A DNA stretch of 64,000 nucleotides from an uncultured Methanomassiliicoccaceae archaeon (GTDB taxonomy: Archaea > Thermoplasmatota > Thermoplasmata > Methanomassiliicoccales > Methanomethylophilaceae), in contig CAJJJM010000003.1 in NCBI GenBank assembly GCA_905187815.1, positions 63,575 to 127,574 of the forward strand, read 5' to 3'. The notes under the pieces are model-generated. The model had not been told where the DNA came from, did no database searches, and saw only the letters and a list, made by a program, of their open reading frames with translations. The position numbers and the translations under genes were made by a program. Below, piece after piece: positions 59,614 to 64,000 of the stretch (the first letter of the stretch is position 1; each line of letters begins with the position of its first letter).

Positions 59614-59713
59614 CTCCACTCAGTCTCCCGGCCAAGCGATGGCCGTCATCCTGTAGGAATCCAACTGGGCGCTAATAGCCGATGTTCGGGGACCTATCCC
59701 CGGATCGATGGAC

Positions 59714-61300
59714 TCAGGCTCTGTCGCTTCTGCGGCGGGCCCTTCTGCTCCTGTGGTTCCTGTACTTCCTGTTCGCCATAAGATCCTTCCAGAATCCGGG
59801 GGTGAACAGGACGAGCGCCGTTACGATCTCCAGACGGCCGACCCACATCATGATCATGAGGACGATCTTGAGGGAATCCTGCAGCTCGGCGAAGTTGCCG
59901 GTGGGCCCGAAGTTCCCGAATCCCATGCCTCCGTTGGAGATCGACGAGATTGCGAGCCCGACGGAGTCGATGATGTCGATCTCCGCCCCGTTTACCGTGG
60001 GCTGGGTGATCCCGATCATAAGGATGAGGATCGTCCCGACGATGATGGATACAACGAACAGAAGGAAGATCGTGAGCGTGGACTGGACGGTGCTGTTGTC
60101 TACGCTGGCCCCGTCCATCTTGACGTCGTAGACGGCGTTGGGGTGGACGACCTTACCGAAGTTGTTCTTCAGGAACTCGTAGATGATCCTCAGCCTGCTG
60201 AACTTGATTCCTCCGCTGGTGGATCCGGAGCATCCTCCGATGAGGGCGACGATCATCAGCAGGAGGGTACACTGCTCAGGATACAGGGTGAAGTCGTCGA
60301 CGTATAGTCCAGTGGTGGTGCCCAGCGACACGGTGGTGAAGAGGGCGTTCTTGAACGCCTCGTAGTGCCCCTCTAGGCCCTGGATGGGCGTGTCGCTGCC
60401 TGTGACGACGAACAGGTACACGATGACCGATATCCCGAGGAACCACCAGAGCATGGTCCTGAACTCGGAGTTCTTCCTGTACACCCCACGCTCCTTGCGG
60501 TGGATGGCGCGGTAGTGGAGGTAGAAGTTCGTGGCTCCCAGGAACATGAAGAGTATGGTAATCAGCTGGATGGCGTCGGAGTACGACATCATGCTGTCGT
60601 TGGTGCACATGAGTCCCCCGGTCGATATGGTGGTGCACATGAGGCAGAAGGCCTCGAGGGGGTCCATCCCGAATACAAGGAGGAGCACCAGGTTAATCAG
60701 GCTCAGGAGAAGGTAGGAGTAGATGAAGGACTTCGCGGCGTTCCTCATCTTCATGGAGTAGTTGGAGGAACCTGATCCGGAGAGCTCGTTGGTGAACACG
60801 TTGCGCCCGATACCGAACAGGGGCAGCATGTAGAGGAACACGATGATGATCATGATACCTCCCATCCACATGGACATGGCCCTCCAGATGAGGAGGCTCA
60901 TCGGCTGCGCCTCGACGTCGGGGATTATCGAGAGCCCGGTCGTGGTCATCCCGCTGACAGCCTCGAAGAGAGAGTCCACGAGGTCCATCCCGGAGAACAG
61001 GAACGGCAGCGCCGAGATCAGGAACATGACCAGCCAGACGAGTCCGATGAGGACCAGACCGTTCACGGTCCTGAAGGTGCTGGATTCCTTGAAGAGCATG
61101 TACTGGAGCCCGCCGGCGACCAGGAGGGGGAGGACGGGCGCCGCGAATACCCTCGCATCCTCGCCCAGGAACAGTGCGACCCCTGCGGGAACAAGCAACA
61201 GGAGGGCGAAGACGACCTCCAGGATCCCGAGGGTGCGGACGGTGGTGCTCTCCCATCTGGGACGGATGCCTATCTTGGACAGGCTCAGCTTCAGATTCAC
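59714..61300 (-). CDS. trkH: TrkH-family potassium uptake protein
   Basis: 528 aa, multiple pore-loop repeats with GxTTTG/TGG-like motifs (SGMTTTGLS, TISTGGL, SLGTTTGL, SNGGMG). Confidence 0.9.
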   Translation of the reverse strand: MNLKLSLSKIGIRPRWESTTVRTLGILEVVFALLLLVPAGVALFLGEDARVFAAPVLPLLVAGGLQYMLFKESSTFRTVNGLVLIGLVWLVMFLISALPFLFSGMDLVDSLFEAVSGMTTTGLSIIPDVEAQPMSLLIWRAMSMWMGGIMIIIVFLYMLPLFGIGRNVFTNELSGSGSSNYSMKMRNAAKSFIYSYLLLSLINLVLLLVFGMDPLEAFCLMCTTISTGGLMCTNDSMMSYSDAIQLITILFMFLGATNFYLHYRAIHRKERGVYRKNSEFRTMLWWFLGISVIVYLFVVTGSDTPIQGLEGHYEAFKNALFTTVSLGTTTGLYVDDFTLYPEQCTLLLMIVALIGGCSGSTSGGIKFSRLRIIYEFLKNNFGKVVHPNAVYDVKMDGASVDNSTVQSTLTIFLLFVVSIIVGTILILMIGITQPTVNGAEIDIIDSVGLAISSISNGGMGFGNFGPTGNFAELQDSLKIVLMIMMWVGRLEIVTALVLFTPGFWKDLMANRKYRNHRSRRARRRSDRA

Positions 61301-62643
61301 ACCTCCGGAACGGAGGATTTCCCGAACACCCTGATCAGGTCGTTCCTGCGGGTGTAGGATGTGAAGACGATGACCGAGTCCCCGTCCTGGAACCTGCTGT
61401 CCAGTCTGGGGTAGATTATGTCGGTGCCCCTCTTCACGGCGACGATCCTCACACCGTCAGGGATGTTCAGATCGCCGTAGTAGCGGTCGAGGAGCTTGGA
61501 CTGCCTGTCCACGATGTGAACGAAGTAGAACTCGTCCGGGTCGCGTGACCTCATCATCGCCATCTCGTCGGAGATGGTGCTCTTGGTGATCTCGTTGGTG
61601 ATGATCCTGTAGTACCCGATGATGGTCTCGATGCCCGTGTACTGGAAGATGTCCTCGTACTCCTTCGTGAAGTAGCGTGTGATCACCTTCCTCGAATTGT
61701 GCCTCATGGCGTTCATGCACATGAGGAGGTTTGTGTCGTCGGCATGCGAGGTAGAGATGAGTGCATCGGTGCGGAAGATGTTCTCGTTGTTCTGTACCTC
61801 CGGATCGATGAAATCGGCGCATGCGATGGCCACCCCGCTGAGGGTCCTGGCCATGTCCCTGCACTTGTTCTCGTCCTTGTCGACGATCTTCACGTTGAGC
61901 TTGTCGGCCGCGAGCATCCTCGCGAGGTTCCTGCCGACGATTGATCCGCCCAGGATGGCGAAGTTCCTGGCAGGATACTCGACGCCCATCATCTGGTTGA
62001 ACTCAGAGATGGCCTTGTCGGTGCCGAAGACGCAGATCCTGTCCCCCTGGTGGATCTCCATAGTCTCAGTCTCCGTGTGGACGACGTCATCGCGATAGAT
62101 CGCGAACACGGTGCATCCTGGAGGTATGGGGAGATGCATGACTACCTTCCCGATGATCTCATGGTGGACGTCCACCGTGAACATGGCGACGGCGACGCCC
62201 ATGTTGGCCATGTACTCGAAGTCCACGGCGTTCTCGAGGACGCACAGCTTGTACATCTTCTCCGCCGTGATCAACTCAGGGGAGATGATCGTGTCAACTC
62301 CGGGGACCCCGTCGGCCGAGGTCTGGATCATGAAGTCCGGGTCGTTGACTGAAGATACGGTGATGATGGAGGGTTTGAACCTTTTGGCCATCAGGCACAC
62401 GAACAGATTGGCGGAATCGGTGCCCAAGGTGGCGATGATCATGTCGGCCTCATGGTTCTCGATAGCGTATTTGATCGTCTTCGGATTGGTCCCGTCAGCC
62501 TTCAGAGTGGATACGTTGAGACGGCTCTTTAGGACGTTTAGTACGTTCTCGTCCTTCTCGACGACCAGGACGTCGTGGATGTTCGAGATGGTCTCAGCGG
62601 AGGCCCTACCGACCTCCCCTGCGCCGACGATGATGACCTTCAT
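61297..62643 (-). CDS. trkA: Trk system potassium uptake protein TrkA
   Basis: Two NAD-binding Rossmann repeats (MKVIIVGAGEVG..., ILGGSIVGRNL) each followed by RCK_C domains; start overlaps trkH stop. Confidence 0.9.
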   Translation of the reverse strand: MKVIIVGAGEVGRASAETISNIHDVLVVEKDENVLNVLKSRLNVSTLKADGTNPKTIKYAIENHEADMIIATLGTDSANLFVCLMAKRFKPSIITVSSVNDPDFMIQTSADGVPGVDTIISPELITAEKMYKLCVLENAVDFEYMANMGVAVAMFTVDVHHEIIGKVVMHLPIPPGCTVFAIYRDDVVHTETETMEIHQGDRICVFGTDKAISEFNQMMGVEYPARNFAILGGSIVGRNLARMLAADKLNVKIVDKDENKCRDMARTLSGVAIACADFIDPEVQNNENIFRTDALISTSHADDTNLLMCMNAMRHNSRKVITRYFTKEYEDIFQYTGIETIIGYYRIITNEITKSTISDEMAMMRSRDPDEFYFVHIVDRQSKLLDRYYGDLNIPDGVRIVAVKRGTDIIYPRLDSRFQDGDSVIVFTSYTRRNDLIRVFGKSSVPEV

Positions 62644-62868
62644 GGTTCGGCACCATGGATGGCTTAGTCGCATAAATTGGTTGCTGGCATCCATCGGTCC
62701 GATACCTATTGTCCAGGATGGATACATATGGTGAGAGCTTCAGGGTTCAGACCTTTCCTCCCAGTCCTCCTCTTTTTATAATGATTGTCGTTCGGCAATT
62801 TCATCTATATATCAATACATATCTTCCCTACAAATCCTATAAATCCCTAAGTCTTCGATACAGGGCTC

Positions 62869-64000
62869 ATGTGGAAACAAGTCAATGAAGACTTTTGGAG
62901 AGAGAACCGCGAGTCCAAGGTGGGCCAGGTGGAGGACACCGTCAGGGAGATCGTGGAGAACGTCCGCCAGAACGGGGACAAGGCCCTGAAGGAGCTGGCC
63001 AAGAAGTTCGACCACGTGGATCTGGACTCTGTCGTCGTCACGAGGGAGGAGATCGAGGCAGCGTACGAGCAGGTCTCGCCCGAGCTCGTCGAGGAGCTCG
63101 AGAACTCCGCGTACAACATCCAGCGCTTCCACGAGATGCAGATGCCCCCCGGACTCTGGCTCAGGGAGGTCGAGCCCGGAGTGACGCTCGGAGTCAAGAC
63201 GACGCCTCTCGAGAGGGTCGGCTGCTACATCCCCGGAGGACGTGCATCCTATCCCAGCACAGTCCTCATGACAATCATCCCCGCCAGGGTGGCAGGAGTC
63301 GACGAGGTCGTCATGTGCACCCCCGCACCCATCAACCCGCTCACGCTCGTCGCGGCCGACATCGCCGGCGCCGACGAGATCTACAAGACCGGCGGTGCAC
63401 AGGCCGTCGCCGCCATGGCCCTCGGAACCGAGAGCATCGAGCCCGTTCAGAAGATCGTCGGACCCGGGAATGTTTTCGTCACCGGCGCGAAGATGATGCT
63501 CAGGAACAAGGTCGAGATCGACTTCCCCGCAGGACCCTCGGAGATCGGTGTCCTGGCGGACGACTCCGCCGTACCCGAGTACCTCGCCGCGGACCTCATC
63601 GCCCAGGCCGAGCACGACCCCTCGTCCGCCAGCCTGCTCGTCACCTGTGACCCCGACCTCCCGGACAAGACATGGGCGGTCATGGAGAAGATGATCGAGA
63701 AGGCTCCCAGGAGGGAGATAATCGAGAAGGCCCTCGAGAACTCCGGATACATCATCGCCGAGGACATGGACCTCGCTGTGGAGATCATGAACGGCATCGC
63801 CCCCGAGCACCTGTCCATCCAGGTCAGGGACCCGCTCGACGTTCTCGGAAAGGTGAGGAATGGCGGATCCATCTTCGTCGGACCCTACACGCCCGTGGCC
63901 GCCGGGGACTACGCCTCCGGAACGAACCACGTCCTGCCCACCGCAGGCCACGCCATGACCAGCTCCGGTCTGAACGTCGCCCACTTCATGAAGACCTCCA
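62869..64000 (+). CDS. hisD: histidinol dehydrogenase, 3'-truncated by window edge
   Basis: Manually translated from ATG at 62869; runs to window end without stop, so absent from supplied track; MWKQVNEDFWRENRESKVGQVEDTVREIVENVRQNGDKAL...GGAQAVAAMALGTE...AGPSE... matches HisD. Confidence 0.85.
   Translation, partial: MWKQVNEDFWRENRESKVGQVEDTVREIVENVRQNGDKALKELAKKFDHVDLDSVVVTREEIEAAYEQVSPELVEELENSAYNIQRFHEMQMPPGLWLREVEPGVTLGVKTTPLERVGCYIPGGRASYPSTVLMTIIPARVAGVDEVVMCTPAPINPLTLVAADIAGADEIYKTGGAQAVAAMALGTESIEPVQKIVGPGNVFVTGAKMMLRNKVEIDFPAGPSEIGVLADDSAVPEYLAADLIAQAEHDPSSASLLVTCDPDLPDKTWAVMEKMIEKAPRREIIEKALENSGYIIAEDMDLAVEIMNGIAPEHLSIQVRDPLDVLGKVRNGGSIFVGPYTPVAAGDYASGTNHVLPTAGHAMTSSGLNVAHFMKTS

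Noticed and set aside
62812-63984. 390-aa minus-strand ORF and 251-aa plus-strand Arg-rich ORF at the window end
   Set aside because: The real gene is hisD in a different + frame starting at 62869, open to the window end. The listed ORFs are alternative-frame artefacts.

Overview
This window is a high-GC (about 60-65%) archaeal chromosomal segment. Archaeal hallmarks are the L39e, L31e and S19e ribosomal proteins, aIF6, the RFC large subunit, Taw1, MptE, an archaeal-type LeuRS and a DUF373 protein, which together suggest a Methanomassiliicoccales- or Thermoplasmata-like organism. Gene density is high, with many ATGA or short start/stop overlaps. The antisense six-frame ORFs that are long and Arg/Gly/Pro-rich are GC artefacts. 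Conserved core content is iorAB, pncB, leuS, a complete phosphate regulon (phoU-like regulator, pstS, fused pstCA, pstB, phoU), a ribosomal S19e-L39e-L31e-aIF6 cluster, rfcL, taw1, a P-type ATPase, xseAB, trkAH and hisD. Accessory or unusual content is listed below.
- A two-gene ABC-ATPase plus DUF4435/TOPRIM module on the minus strand at 56789-58724. It matches the architecture of the PARIS (AriA/AriB) anti-phage system, which has rarely if ever been discussed in archaea.
- A bacterial-type AddA/AddB-like helicase-nuclease pair (47474-53024). It is flanked by a 944-aa Cys-rich orphan protein and by a catalytically degenerate paralogue of a nearby DnaQ-like exonuclease.
- A YefM/YoeB toxin-antitoxin pair.
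- A lower-GC DUF4143 AAA ATPase gene preceded by three copies of a 24-bp tandem repeat.
- A 5'-nucleotidase broken by a frameshift in a G5 run.
- A truncated FtsZ-like GTPase.
- A family of at least five paralogous zinc-ribbon membrane proteins.
- Several repeat-rich or unusually long non-coding regions.
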